Shown piece after piece: positions 48,301 to 57,970 of a stretch of DNA of 64,000 nt. The notes under the pieces were generated by a model that was not told where the DNA came from, made no database searches, and saw only the letters and a list, made by a program, of their open reading frames with translations. Position 1 is the stretch's first letter; each line of letters starts with the position of its first letter. The position numbers were made by a program, and so were the translations under genes. The stretch covers positions 1-64,000 of the forward strand of contig JANRKS010000021.1 of assembly GCA_033763315.1 (NCBI GenBank), given 5' to 3'. Source of the stretch: Deltaproteobacteria bacterium (GTDB taxonomy: Bacteria; Myxococcota_A; Polyangia; Fen-1088).

Positions 48301-50232
48301 CTATGACACGCCCAAAGCCCGCGCCACGTGGAACGTCACAAACGCCGCGACGTAAGCCAACGCGTAAGAATAGCCCAGCACGAACGCAGGCCACTTCCAG
48401 CTGCGCGTCTCCCTTCGCAACGCAGAAACCGTGCTCATGCATTGGCACGCGAACACAAAGAAGGCCATCAACGCCAGGCCGCTGGCAGCGCCATAAATCG
48501 GCAGGCCGGCTGCATTTTTTGTTTCGCGCATCGATTGGGACAACCGCGCCACATCAGCTTCGCTGTCGCCTTCGATCCCGAAGATCACGCCCATCGTGCT
48601 CACCATCAGTTCGCGCGCACCGAACGATCCGATGAGGCCCACGTTGATTCGCCAATCGAACCCCAGCGGCGCGGTGAGCGGCTCAAGCGCGCGCCCCACA
48701 TGTGCCGCCACGCTTTGGTTCATCACCTCGGTTCGTGACGCTGGCCGCGCCGGCTCAGCGCCGCTGGCGGGCTTGCCGGGCAGCGTGGGGAGCGACAGCA
48801 ACACCCACAATACGGCGGAAACGGCCACGATCGTGGTGCCCACGTCGCGCAGGAACCGCACGCCGCTTTGCCACGCCACGCGGGCCACCTGCGGCACCTG
48901 GGGCAGGCGGTAAGGCGGCAACTCCAACACAAACGGCAACGAACGCCGGCGCTTGACCAACACGCGGCCAATCACGAACGACGCGAGCCCGGCGCCCACC
49001 AGGCCAAACAGATAAAGCGCCAAGAACAATAAGCCTTTGCCCCACGCCGCCATCCCCGGAAAAAACGCGGAGATCAAAAGCGCATAAGCGGGGATGCGGG
49101 CCGAGCATGTGGTCAGAGGCAAAACCAGCAACGTCAGCAAGCGCTCGCGTGGATCACGGATCGTGCGCGTGGCGGCGATGGCTGGCACCGCGCACGCGTG
49201 GCCCATCAACATCGGCATAAACGATCGGCCACCCAGCCCCGCCAACCGGAGCAGGCGTTCAACCAAGAATGCACACCGTGCCAGGTAACCCGAAGCTTCA
49301 ATCAGTTCAAGCGCCACGGTCAGCAGCAAGATCTGCGGAAGAAACTGCACCACCGTGCCAGCGCCGCCCAGGACGCCGTCATTGATAAACGATCCCAGCG
49401 CGCCTTCGCCCAAAGCGCGTGTGACACCTCGGGCGATCAAGCTCAATAAACCTTCCACGGCGATCGACGCTGGATCCGCCACCATGAACAAGGCCGTAAA
49501 CAACGACCCCATGGAGAACACAAAGACCAGGGGCCCGAGGACGGGGTGCATCAGCCAGCGGTCGAGTCGTTGCGTGGTTTGGTGCAACCGCAGGGGCGAG
49601 GCCGCACCCCTTTTCGGCAAGGCCGCGTCCGCCAAAGCACGCGCATCAAAATCCTCAGGCGCCGGGGGTACGCAGGCACGCGCCAATGATTCGAATACGT
49701 CAGAGACGCGGGCGCTGCCACGCGCACTGACGTAAGCGACGGGGGCGCCCACGCCTGCTTCCAGGGCTTTAACGTCAAGCCGCCGCCCTTCGGCGTCCAA
49801 CACATCTCGTTGGGTGGCCAAAAGCACAAACGGCATGCCCAAGGCGCGCAACTGGCGGGTCAGCGTGAGGCCCACCATTAAGTTGGTTGAATCGATCACC
49901 TGGGCCACGATCACGCGGCTGCCGGTTTCGGCGCGTGCCTTATCGAGGTAAGCGCGACAAACGCCTTCGTCCGATTGCGGATCGACATCCACGTTCAGGC
50001 TGTAGACGCCCGGAAGATCCACAAACACCGCGCGGCTGCCATCGGGCAGCGGCACGTCGGCCTCCAACACGTCAACCGTGATGCCGGGGTAATTGCCCAC
50101 GTGGGCGCGGCCACCGGTGAGGGCGTTGAACAACGACGATTTGCCGCTGTTGGGTCGGCCAATCAACAACACCTTAAGCGGTGCCCCCGGCGCCACCGGG
50201 GTGGCGACCGCATCGTGGCACGCGGCGCTCAT
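48301..50232 (-). CDS. feoB: Ferrous iron transporter FeoB
   Basis: G1 GRPNSGKS, VGNYPGITV, DLPG; membrane motifs SGYLAR, CAVPA, CSAR, ELP.YR, ARE; ATGA overlap with feoA. Confidence 0.95.
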   Translation of the reverse strand: MSAACHDAVATPVAPGAPLKVLLIGRPNSGKSSLFNALTGGRAHVGNYPGITVDVLEADVPLPDGSRAVFVDLPGVYSLNVDVDPQSDEGVCRAYLDKARAETGSRVIVAQVIDSTNLMVGLTLTRQLRALGMPFVLLATQRDVLDAEGRRLDVKALEAGVGAPVAYVSARGSARVSDVFESLARACVPPAPEDFDARALADAALPKRGAASPLRLHQTTQRLDRWLMHPVLGPLVFVFSMGSLFTALFMVADPASIAVEGLLSLIARGVTRALGEGALGSFINDGVLGGAGTVVQFLPQILLLTVALELIEASGYLARCAFLVERLLRLAGLGGRSFMPMLMGHACAVPAIAATRTIRDPRERLLTLLVLPLTTCSARIPAYALLISAFFPGMAAWGKGLLFLALYLFGLVGAGLASFVIGRVLVKRRRSLPFVLELPPYRLPQVPQVARVAWQSGVRFLRDVGTTIVAVSAVLWVLLSLPTLPGKPASGAEPARPASRTEVMNQSVAAHVGRALEPLTAPLGFDWRINVGLIGSFGARELMVSTMGVIFGIEGDSEADVARLSQSMRETKNAAGLPIYGAASGLALMAFFVFACQCMSTVSALRRETRSWKWPAFVLGYSYALAYVAAFVTFHVARALGVS

Positions 50233-50495
50233 CGGATAAACGCGGCCGCAGGCACCACGTCGATGCCCAAGGCACAATCCAGATCCAGCGCAAACTCGGC
50301 GCCGCTGCCTGCGCGCACGTGCAACGGTCCGCCAAACGGCGCCCGCCGCAACACCACAACATCTTCCCCCACGGGCAGTCCCAAAGCGGCAAGCCACGCC
50401 ACCTGGTCGGGCGTCATGCGCACCCCGCAAATGCGGCCCGGTTGCCCATGAGCCATTGCGGACAACGGCTGGGGGGGGCGGGCGACGTGGGGCAT
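50229..50495 (-). CDS. feoA: FeoA family protein
   Basis: LAALGLPVGEDVVVLRRAPFGGPL...EFAL SH3-like pattern; directly upstream of feoB. Confidence 0.9.
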   Translation of the reverse strand: MPHVARPPQPLSAMAHGQPGRICGVRMTPDQVAWLAALGLPVGEDVVVLRRAPFGGPLHVRAGSGAEFALDLDCALGIDVVPAAAFIR

Positions 50496-50523
50496 CAAGG
50501 GTGGCACGGCCGAAGACACCAAC

Positions 50524-50544
50524 TGAGACTAACATTCATTTTCA
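50524..50544. promoter_or_regulatory. Putative Fur-type operator
   Basis: AT-rich imperfect inverted repeat TGAAAATGAATGTTAGTCTCA (minus), 12/19 match to GATAATGATAATCATTATC, about 30 bp upstream of feoA. Confidence 0.55.
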
Positions 50545-50612
50545 GCCCAGGCACGCGCCATTGTTGCCGCTTGCGTCCGCTTTCGTAAGGTACGGCGGCA
50601 AGGAAGCCACAC

Positions 50613-51461
50613 GTGCCCGCCACAAGCCCCCCTCCCCCGACCGCCGGCAAATCCATCGAGGATTGGGCGCGGCACTATGTGCAGACCTGCGACCTGCACG
50701 AGAAGCTGGTGCCCCCCACCCTGCCCGAAGCTTTCGCCGACGGCCCTGCCGAACGTTTGCCGGCCCCGGGTCGCCCGCCCGAACTTGTGCCCGCCCCGCG
50801 CCGCGAGCGGCTGCCACGCCCCGAGGCGCTCATCGAAAAGCGCTTTCGCGCCCGCATCCTCCACACCTTTTTCCATCACGAGTTGCAGGCCGCCGAATTG
50901 ATGTGCTGGGCGATGCTTGCGTTTCGGGACGCAGAGCTCGAGTTCCGCAAAGGCTTGCTCCGCATTTGCCTGGATGAGATCCGGCACATGAATCTCTATA
51001 AGGCGCATCTTGAGAGCTTGGGCTTTGGCTTGGGCGCCTTCGGCGTGCGCGATTGGTTTTGGAAACGCGTGCCCAGCTGCACCAACAAGATTTCGTTTGT
51101 GGCCGTGATGGGCATGGGCCTTGAAGCCGCCAACCTTGAATACGCGCCTGACTTTGCCGCCCGCTTTCGCGCGGTGGGCGATGAAGCGGGGGCGCAGATC
51201 CAAAAGCTGATCGCCAAAGAAGAATTGGCGCACGTGGCGTTTGCCACGCGCTGGTTTAAGCAGTGGACGGGTGGTTGCGAATTTGATGTGTGGTTCGCGC
51301 ATCTGCCGCCGCCGCTTTCACCGGCTGTGTTGCATGGCAATCCAATTGCGCAGCAAACGCGCGCGCGTGCCGGCATGACCGAAAAATTCATCGCCGATCT
51401 GATGGCGTACGTGCCCGAGCCCAAGGGGCGGCCGATCCCCGGCTCGCCCGAGCCGCTATGA
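50613..51461 (+). CDS. DUF455 family ferritin-like diiron protein
   Basis: PGRPPEL, HHELQAAE, DEIRH, GLEAANLE, EELAHV: paired E/ExxH ligands. Confidence 0.85.
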   Translation: MPATSPPPPTAGKSIEDWARHYVQTCDLHEKLVPPTLPEAFADGPAERLPAPGRPPELVPAPRRERLPRPEALIEKRFRARILHTFFHHELQAAELMCWAMLAFRDAELEFRKGLLRICLDEIRHMNLYKAHLESLGFGLGAFGVRDWFWKRVPSCTNKISFVAVMGMGLEAANLEYAPDFAARFRAVGDEAGAQIQKLIAKEELAHVAFATRWFKQWTGGCEFDVWFAHLPPPLSPAVLHGNPIAQQTRARAGMTEKFIADLMAYVPEPKGRPIPGSPEPL

Positions 51462-52318
51462 ACAAAGCCTTCGCGTGGGTGTTGAACCAGCACGCAGAGT
51501 TCGAGCTGGCACAGCCCGGGTATAACCCCAGCGGCAAGTTGTTGGCACAGTTGCATGAGCATGGGGCGGGCTCGCGCGCGTTGTTGGGTCCGCACGATGC
51601 GCTGATTGAAGGGGGGCCGCTTCCCCCCGGGGCATGGCTGGGCAGGGCGTGGTGCCCCACCCCGCGTGCCTTGGCGGCCATGCGCGCCACGGGCGTGGAT
51701 CCGGAGCCGCATCCTTCCGAGAACGTGCTGCGCCTGGTGAACCACCGCAAGTTTGCGTGTGACCTTCACGCGGGCCTGCCGCAGCAACATTATGTGCAAG
51801 ACGAAGCAGCGCTGGCGGCGGTGCTGTCACAACCAGGGCCGTGGTTGTGTAAGCGTCCCCTGGCGTTCGCCGGGCGCGGGCAACACCGCGTGTTGGCGAC
51901 GCTCGATGAACGCGGGCAGGCGTGGGTGCGCGCGTCGCTGTCGCTTGACGGCCTTGTGGTTGAACCCTTGGTCAAGCCTGTGCTTGAGGTCAGTTTACAC
52001 GGGTTCTTGTGGCAAAACGGCCGCTTTGAGCTCGGGCGCGTGTGCGTGCAGCACGTAAACGATCGCGGCGTGTATCAAGGCGTGCGTTTGCACGCGGACG
52101 AGCTTGGGCCGCACGAAGTTGCTGCGCTTTACACGCAAGCGGAACGCGTGGGCACGGCCTTGCACGCCGCGGGTTACTTTGGCCCGTTTGGCGTGGACGC
52201 GTACCGCTACGAGCGTGACGGCCACACCGGCTTCTGCGCGCTCAGCGAAATCAACGCGCGCTACACGATGGCGTTTGCGGTTGGCTTTCCACGCCCAGCC
52301 CACACGCTGTGGCTTTAG
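51458..52318 (+). CDS. ATP-grasp fold protein
   Basis: WLCKRPLAFAGRG, VVEP, YFGPFGVDA, SEINARYT; ATGA-coupled to the DUF455 gene. Confidence 0.75.
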   Translation: MNKAFAWVLNQHAEFELAQPGYNPSGKLLAQLHEHGAGSRALLGPHDALIEGGPLPPGAWLGRAWCPTPRALAAMRATGVDPEPHPSENVLRLVNHRKFACDLHAGLPQQHYVQDEAALAAVLSQPGPWLCKRPLAFAGRGQHRVLATLDERGQAWVRASLSLDGLVVEPLVKPVLEVSLHGFLWQNGRFELGRVCVQHVNDRGVYQGVRLHADELGPHEVAALYTQAERVGTALHAAGYFGPFGVDAYRYERDGHTGFCALSEINARYTMAFAVGFPRPAHTLWL

Positions 52319-53292
52319 GCCAACGCAGCCAACTGATCCAGGTGCGCGTGCACGTGTGACGAAACCCGCTGGCGCGCGGGATCCGCCCGGAACCAAGCGA
52401 TCGTGCGCGTGATGCCCTCAGCAAAGGGAATCTGTTGTTTGAACGTGGGCACACAGGCCTTGAGTTTGCTGTTGTCGAAAATCAGCGAATGCGATTTGTC
52501 CCCCAGCAGGCTGCCCGCCCGATCTGGCATCACGCGCGCAATCGTCTCGCTGGCCACGTGCACCAGGTTCGGCCGCACGCCCAACGCTTGCGCCAATTTT
52601 GTGTAGATCTGATCCCACGTCTGCACTTCGTCACCTGTGATGTGAAACGCCTCACCGTAAGCCCGAGGGTTGCCCAGCAAGCCCACCAGGCCACGCGCCA
52701 AATCTTCAGAGTGCGTGACCGTCCACGGTGAAAGCCCGTCTCCGTGAACAATGGCCGGTTTGCCCGCCAGCATGCGTTCCGCCATCGTCCATTCCGTCCA
52801 CCCGCCGAGCGGGACCGGTATCACCGTGTCGTAAGTCAAGGAGGGGCGAATGATGGTGATCGCAGGGCAGCCGGGCTCGGCGGCGGCTTGTTCCAAAAAG
52901 CGTTCACACGCGATCTTCTTTTGGCTGTACTCCCACACGGGGTTGTGCAAGGGCACGTCTTCGGTGATGGGTGCCAACCAGGGTTTTGCGTAACAAGACG
53001 CCGAACTGATGAACACATATTGCTTGCAACGCCCGCGCAAAACTTCGAGATCCCGCTTCACGTCTTCGACGTCAAAGGCAATGAAGTTCACAACCGCGTC
53101 GAACTGGTGATTGGCCAAAGCCGCCTGCAACTGACCAGCATCTTTTGCGTCGGCCACCAAGGCCTGCGCGCCCGGCAGAGGCCTGGCGTTGCGGGTCAAA
53201 AGATAAAGCGCCCGACCCTCCGCCACAGCCAACCGGCTGCAAGCCGCGCTTACATTGCCCGTGCCGCCGATGAACAAAACCTTTGCCGACAT
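52315..53292 (-). CDS. NAD-dependent epimerase/dehydratase family protein
   Basis: FIGGTGNVS, FISSAS, YSQKK, IRPSLTY, VHGDG. Confidence 0.88.
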   Translation of the reverse strand: MSAKVLFIGGTGNVSAACSRLAVAEGRALYLLTRNARPLPGAQALVADAKDAGQLQAALANHQFDAVVNFIAFDVEDVKRDLEVLRGRCKQYVFISSASCYAKPWLAPITEDVPLHNPVWEYSQKKIACERFLEQAAAEPGCPAITIIRPSLTYDTVIPVPLGGWTEWTMAERMLAGKPAIVHGDGLSPWTVTHSEDLARGLVGLLGNPRAYGEAFHITGDEVQTWDQIYTKLAQALGVRPNLVHVASETIARVMPDRAGSLLGDKSHSLIFDNSKLKACVPTFKQQIPFAEGITRTIAWFRADPARQRVSSHVHAHLDQLAALA

Positions 53293-53429
53293 CCCCGCAG
53301 CTTAGGGTGATTCACCGCCGATGCGGGCCCTAAATGTGACCCACGCCCGCGAGGCTTTACGCGCGACCGCTGTTCTTGCTTGCACCCGGCGGTATTGTCT
53401 GACAATCGAAGCAGGCCCGAAACGTACCA

Positions 53430-54566
53430 ATGCGAGCTCCCTCCACCCGCCTCACTTTCATCGACGCGTTGCGCGGCATCGCGGCCATGGCGGTGGTATT
53501 GGTGCATCTGCGCGACAGCAAGCACCTGCCCGACTTTTTCAGCATGCTGCCGAACCTTTTCGGCTTCGCAATCTCGAAGGGCCATTCGGGCGTTGAAGTG
53601 TTCTTTGTGCTGAGCGGGTTTGTCATCGCTCACTCGATCGGCCGCGCGAACGTGGACTGGCGGTACGTGGGGCAATACATGCTGCGGCGGTTGGCGCGGC
53701 TTGGGCCGCCCTATTGGGCCGCGATCGGGTTGGGCATGTGCCGGTACCTGCTGGCCGACCATTACCACCCGGGCGGCAGCGTACACATTCCGTCGCTCGG
53801 CGAGATCTTGTGGCACGTGGTTTATCTGCAAGAGATCGTATCGGTCAAATCGATCGATACGGTGTTCTGGACGTTGAGCCTTGAGATTCAGTTCTACCTG
53901 ACCTTCGCGCTGCTGATGCTTTTGGCCACGCAGCTGCGCCATAAGATCGCCAGCCTCAGCTTTAGCCAGACCTTCTTGATGGTGTTGACGCCCCCCTTGG
54001 TGTTCGCCAGCTTGTGGCCGATGGGCCTGCCGCCGTGGGTGTGGACGCATGGCTTGTTTACGGATCGTTGGCACTTGTTCTTGACGGGTGCGCTTGTCTG
54101 GCGCGCCTTGCAACCAGACACCCACCGCACGGCGATGGCGTTCGCGTGGGGCTACATGTTGTTCTTGGCCCTGATGTCGCTATGGCATTCCAACTTTCCA
54201 CTTGCCGTGGGCGTGCTGACGGCCTGCTCGATCATGACATGCGGTCGCTTGGGCAAACTCTCGGCGTGGCTGTCGAACCGACCGCTGCAGTTTCTGGGCA
54301 CGGTTTCATTTAGCCTTTATCTTGTGCACAACCCCACCACGTCGCTGTTGTTTGGGCTGGGTTACCATTTCACGCCGCACACGTTGCCTTGGCAAACCGC
54401 CTGGTTTGTCTTCAGCACAACCGCGTCCGTCCTCATGGCCTGGGGCTTCTATAAGTTCGTGGAGCTGCCCAGCCTTCGCCTCAGCCGCCGCCTGGGAGCG
54501 CCGAAGCGGCAACCCGTGGCAACATTCCCTGCGGGGCTGGCCGGAGCCGACAAGCACGCGTCTTAG
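53430..54566 (+). CDS. Acyltransferase family 3 (OafA-like)
   Basis: DALRGIA, GVEVFFVLSGF, RRLARL.PPY, WTLSLEIQFY, SFSLYLVH, VELP. Confidence 0.92.
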   Translation: MRAPSTRLTFIDALRGIAAMAVVLVHLRDSKHLPDFFSMLPNLFGFAISKGHSGVEVFFVLSGFVIAHSIGRANVDWRYVGQYMLRRLARLGPPYWAAIGLGMCRYLLADHYHPGGSVHIPSLGEILWHVVYLQEIVSVKSIDTVFWTLSLEIQFYLTFALLMLLATQLRHKIASLSFSQTFLMVLTPPLVFASLWPMGLPPWVWTHGLFTDRWHLFLTGALVWRALQPDTHRTAMAFAWGYMLFLALMSLWHSNFPLAVGVLTACSIMTCGRLGKLSAWLSNRPLQFLGTVSFSLYLVHNPTTSLLFGLGYHFTPHTLPWQTAWFVFSTTASVLMAWGFYKFVELPSLRLSRRLGAPKRQPVATFPAGLAGADKHAS

Positions 54567-54576
54567 CGGGACCGCA

Positions 54577-54936
54577 TCACAGCCAGGTGGCCCACACCGC
54601 AGCGGCAGGGCCCACGGTGGCCGCCTGACCGCAACGGACGATCGGCGTGCGCAGGAGCAAAGGATCCTCGGCCAGCAGCTGTTCGATGCGAGGACCGGTG
54701 GGAGCGGCATATTTTAAGCCGCGATCGGTATAGCGTTTGCCTTCGCGGTTGATCAGCGCCTCAATGCCACCCACCTTGCTGGCCACGTTCTTCAGTTCCC
54801 CCAACGCCATGGGCTTTTCCGCCAGATCCACGACGTGCAACTTGACGCCGCGTTCGCGAAAGAACCGCTCCGCTTTGCGCGTTTCAGCGCATTTCTTGGT
54901 GCCGAAGATCTGAACCGTGAGCTGGCTCTTGGCCAC
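54577..54936 (-). CDS. ArsC/Spx (YffB-like) family protein
   Basis: QIFGTKKCAETRKAERFF, LLLRTPIVR; GTG start 2 bp after the DUF4150 stop. Confidence 0.85.
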   Translation of the reverse strand: MAKSQLTVQIFGTKKCAETRKAERFFRERGVKLHVVDLAEKPMALGELKNVASKVGGIEALINREGKRYTDRGLKYAAPTGPRIEQLLAEDPLLLRTPIVRCGQAATVGPAAAVWATWL

Positions 54937-54938
54937 GA

Positions 54939-55319
54939 CTAACCCATGATGTTTTTTTCGTTGTGGAACAACGGATCGCCCATGCGGCACACGTTCTTGC
55001 CCTCGAATTGCACATCGAAGGAATACATCATGAACTCGCAGGCGCCTTTGATCTTGCTGCTCATCACGCCGCCCGCTGAGCCGGCTTCATCACCCGCGCT
55101 CATTTGGTACTTGGCTCCCTTGGTCATCGGCATTTGGCCATCCACTGTGACCTTCGTGGGGCCGCCGCTGGTGTCGCTGGCCTTGCCGATGTTGGGATAG
55201 GGAATGGGGATGGGGCCAGCGGGCGAAGGCGTCTTGCACACGTCGGGGAAGGCCATACTCATGCCTCCGCTGCCTTTGTGAGCGATGCCCCGCATATTCG
55301 CGAACGTTGTTTGCGCCAT
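54939..55319 (-). CDS. DUF4150 (PAAR-like) protein
   Basis: FPDVCKTP, PIPYPN, SAGDEAG, SFDVQFEGKNVCRMGD, HN. Confidence 0.93.
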   Translation of the reverse strand: MAQTTFANMRGIAHKGSGGMSMAFPDVCKTPSPAGPIPIPYPNIGKASDTSGGPTKVTVDGQMPMTKGAKYQMSAGDEAGSAGGVMSSKIKGACEFMMYSFDVQFEGKNVCRMGDPLFHNEKNIMG

Positions 55320-55462
55320 ACCGCCTCTGATGATGCCTACTCTTTTGCCGGACCGCCAGCTATCGCGTTAGGAAGCTTTGTCGGCCGCCGCAGCTTGCCT
55401 TAACCACGAGGGCTGACGCAACGGCCATTGCGTGATCGCGCCCAGGATGCTCCTCTTGGTGT

Positions 55463-56128
55463 GTGGGAAACGAAGACAAAGTTGTGGCGCTTGCGGGTGC
55501 CACAGGGTTGGTGGGTGGCTTGTGCTTGCGTGAACTTCTTGGCCGCCAAACGGTGCAAAAGGTTGTGGTGTTAGGGCGGCGCGCCCCCACGGTCACAGAT
55601 GCGCGCCTACAAATGCGAAAGGTCGACTTTGCGGCGTTACCGCCGCCGCAGCCGAATGAGCAGATCAACGCGGCGTTATGCGCGCTGGGTACCACGATCA
55701 AAGACGCGGGGTCGCAAGAAGCGTTTCGCGCCGTGGATCAGCACGCGGTGGTCGCGTTTGCAACTTGGGCCCGGGCTCACAACTGCCGCACATTCGTGCT
55801 CGTGTCGTCAGTGGGCGCGTCCGCAAAGGCGGGCAGTTTTTACCTGCGGGTCAAGGGCGAAACGGAAGCGGCTGTGTGCACGTTGGGGTTCGACCGCGTT
55901 GTGATTCTGCGACCGGGTGTGCTGCTTGGGAAGCGCGCCCACCTCCGGCCGGGCGAAGCTGTGGCGCAAGCCGTGTTGCCGATTGCAGGTCGCTTGTTGT
56001 TGGGTTCATGGGATCGATTTCGTGCCATCGACGCCGGTGTTGTTGCAAAAGCCATGGCGAAGGCGAGCCTGGCTGTTGAGCCCGGCACCTTCGTCTGGCA
56101 CAACCGCGACATCCTCGCTTATGCCTAA
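55463..56128 (+). CDS. NAD(P)-binding oxidoreductase (YraR/TIP30-like)
   Basis: AGATGLVG, CALGTTIK.AGS.EAF..VD, VSSVGA, FYLRVKGE.E, RPGVLLG. Confidence 0.88.
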   Translation: MGNEDKVVALAGATGLVGGLCLRELLGRQTVQKVVVLGRRAPTVTDARLQMRKVDFAALPPPQPNEQINAALCALGTTIKDAGSQEAFRAVDQHAVVAFATWARAHNCRTFVLVSSVGASAKAGSFYLRVKGETEAAVCTLGFDRVVILRPGVLLGKRAHLRPGEAVAQAVLPIAGRLLLGSWDRFRAIDAGVVAKAMAKASLAVEPGTFVWHNRDILAYA

Positions 56129-56377
56129 AACGTGAGTGTCGTTACGCTATGCGACTGCCTGGGCACGCAGCGTAACGAAACGCGGCAAAACCGCCGTTTT
56201 TGGCGCACCTTTCGATTGGCACGCATCGTGAATATTCAAGGCGCAGGGGTGAGGTGGCTCAAGGCGGCGTCTCGGGTGCTCATGACCTCAAACGTATTTG
56301 GGTGGGAAACATGGGGAAAACACGTTTGTGGTGCAAAGCAGTCGAGACGCCGCCGCGAGACTTCATCACTCGTCCGG

Positions 56378-57460
56378 TTACGAACGCACGGGCAGATGAA
56401 TCGTGAAGGTGCAGCCCTCACCGGGGCGATCCTTCACTGATATCGATCCGCCGTGGTTCTCGATGGCACGTCTTGCGATGGCCAAACCTAAGCCAAAGCC
56501 TGACCGATCAGAGCCCGCTTGAACGAAGGGCGTAAATAGCTGATCGATCTTGCCAGGTGGCAAGCCACCGCAGGAGTCGGACACATCAATGTGCACAGCT
56601 GCCAACGATTGCGACGCTCTGATGTTCACGTGTCCGTTGGGGGATGTGAATTTGATCGCGTTGCGAACGAGGTTGGCCAATGCAGAAGACACGAGCCGGG
56701 GGTCTAGATCGACCTCGGAAACCACCGTCATCTCCACTTGCACGCGAATGTGCTTCTCCTCGGCAGCCGGAGAGGCCTCAAGCACGATCTCGTCAATCAG
56801 CGCGCGCAAGTCTGTGCCGTGACGGTTCAGTTCCTTTTGCGAACCGAGCAACGCCATATTCAGTGAGCGCTCCACCAGATCTTGAATGCGCACCATGCTG
56901 CGCTTAAGGACTTCGGTTGAGCGACCGGGCGGCAGCAAGGATTGGCTGGTCAGGGAACCAAGTGCCAATTGCGCGCTCATCAAGGGGTTGCGCAGCTCGT
57001 GCGCCACGAACGCAAAATGCTCACCGTTCTGACGGTGCAGTTCAGCTTCACGCTCTTCGCCATACTGTGACACCGCCTGCGCGATGCCATCAATGAGGAA
57101 TTCCGAAACCACTTCGTAATCCTCTAACGAGACCGTAACGCCCTCGGCCTTCGCGAACGCCAAAATGGTTTTGCGAAGGAGTCCATATTCTTTCACAAGC
57201 GCGTAGAGGTTAAACCCGAGACGTAAGCGCTGCAGACCGTGCTGTGCCGCGTGCTCGGTTTCATCCGGCAGCGGCCCACCGGACTCTAGACGCCGCAAGA
57301 CCAAGGACAGCTCGTCGAGAAAACCCGGCACGTGATCGCGCAATTCCACAGCGCTTACATTCTCGTAGCCAAAGGCGCTGCGGACGTCTTGGATCCACGC
57401 AGCCACTATCTCGTCGCGCTTTTGTGTGAGCAGCTCGTAAAGGCGAGGCACGGGCATCAC
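56378..57460 (-). CDS. Cytoplasmic sensor histidine kinase with RsbRD-N-like domain
   Basis: HGLQRLRLGF; H-box AHELRNPL, N-box NLVRNAIKF, DSCGG, GFGLGLAI. Confidence 0.92.
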   Translation of the reverse strand: MMPVPRLYELLTQKRDEIVAAWIQDVRSAFGYENVSAVELRDHVPGFLDELSLVLRRLESGGPLPDETEHAAQHGLQRLRLGFNLYALVKEYGLLRKTILAFAKAEGVTVSLEDYEVVSEFLIDGIAQAVSQYGEEREAELHRQNGEHFAFVAHELRNPLMSAQLALGSLTSQSLLPPGRSTEVLKRSMVRIQDLVERSLNMALLGSQKELNRHGTDLRALIDEIVLEASPAAEEKHIRVQVEMTVVSEVDLDPRLVSSALANLVRNAIKFTSPNGHVNIRASQSLAAVHIDVSDSCGGLPPGKIDQLFTPFVQAGSDRSGFGLGLAIARRAIENHGGSISVKDRPGEGCTFTIHLPVRS

Positions 57461-57517
57461 TTACCACGCGGGTGAGAAGCGAACAACGCGATCAGATCGC
57501 GGTCGACGCAAGTGTAT

Positions 57518-57727
57518 TTATCGTAACAGTGGGACATTCTCGTTACGACAAAACTCCCCCGTCTGCCTCCGCACCCGGGTCCCTGATCGATTGTCATAAA
57601 AGCGATGCCAGCATTCGAAGCATCGGTATGCGCGCTTAAACGTGAATAGGCGGACCATCAAGTCGTTGAAGCTAAAGCGCGATGAACTGCGGACTGTGGT
57701 ACCGCCGCAGACTGGGCACATATGCAT
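57518..57727 (-). CDS. Small zinc-ribbon protein
   Basis: CPVCGG...YRCFECWHRF; 69 aa; directly upstream of the kinase. Confidence 0.55.
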   Translation of the reverse strand: MHMCPVCGGTTVRSSSRFSFNDLMVRLFTFKRAYRCFECWHRFYDNRSGTRVRRQTGEFCRNENVPLLR

Positions 57728-57970
57728 GTATAGGTTCCTGCACGCACGTAGTTCAAGCCGTATGCCAAGATGAAAAACGGTGGTGTGGCACGGCTTTTCG
57801 CGTTAAGCGGAGAAAAGACGAACCGTGGGGAAGAACTGTGCTGGCCCCGCGCTCTAAGGTCATTAGGGAACATGGCGGCCGGATCGCGAGGATCATCTGG
57901 GAAAGGCTGTCGAGGACCAAGGCCCAGGGGTGTTGACGTTCTTGTGTCAACACCCCTGGGCGCTTGCTTG

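Noticed and set aside
50233-50535. N-terminal extension of the 744-aa FeoB ORF
   Set aside because: Overlaps feoA in another frame; the FeoB start is ATG 50232, coupled to the feoA stop.
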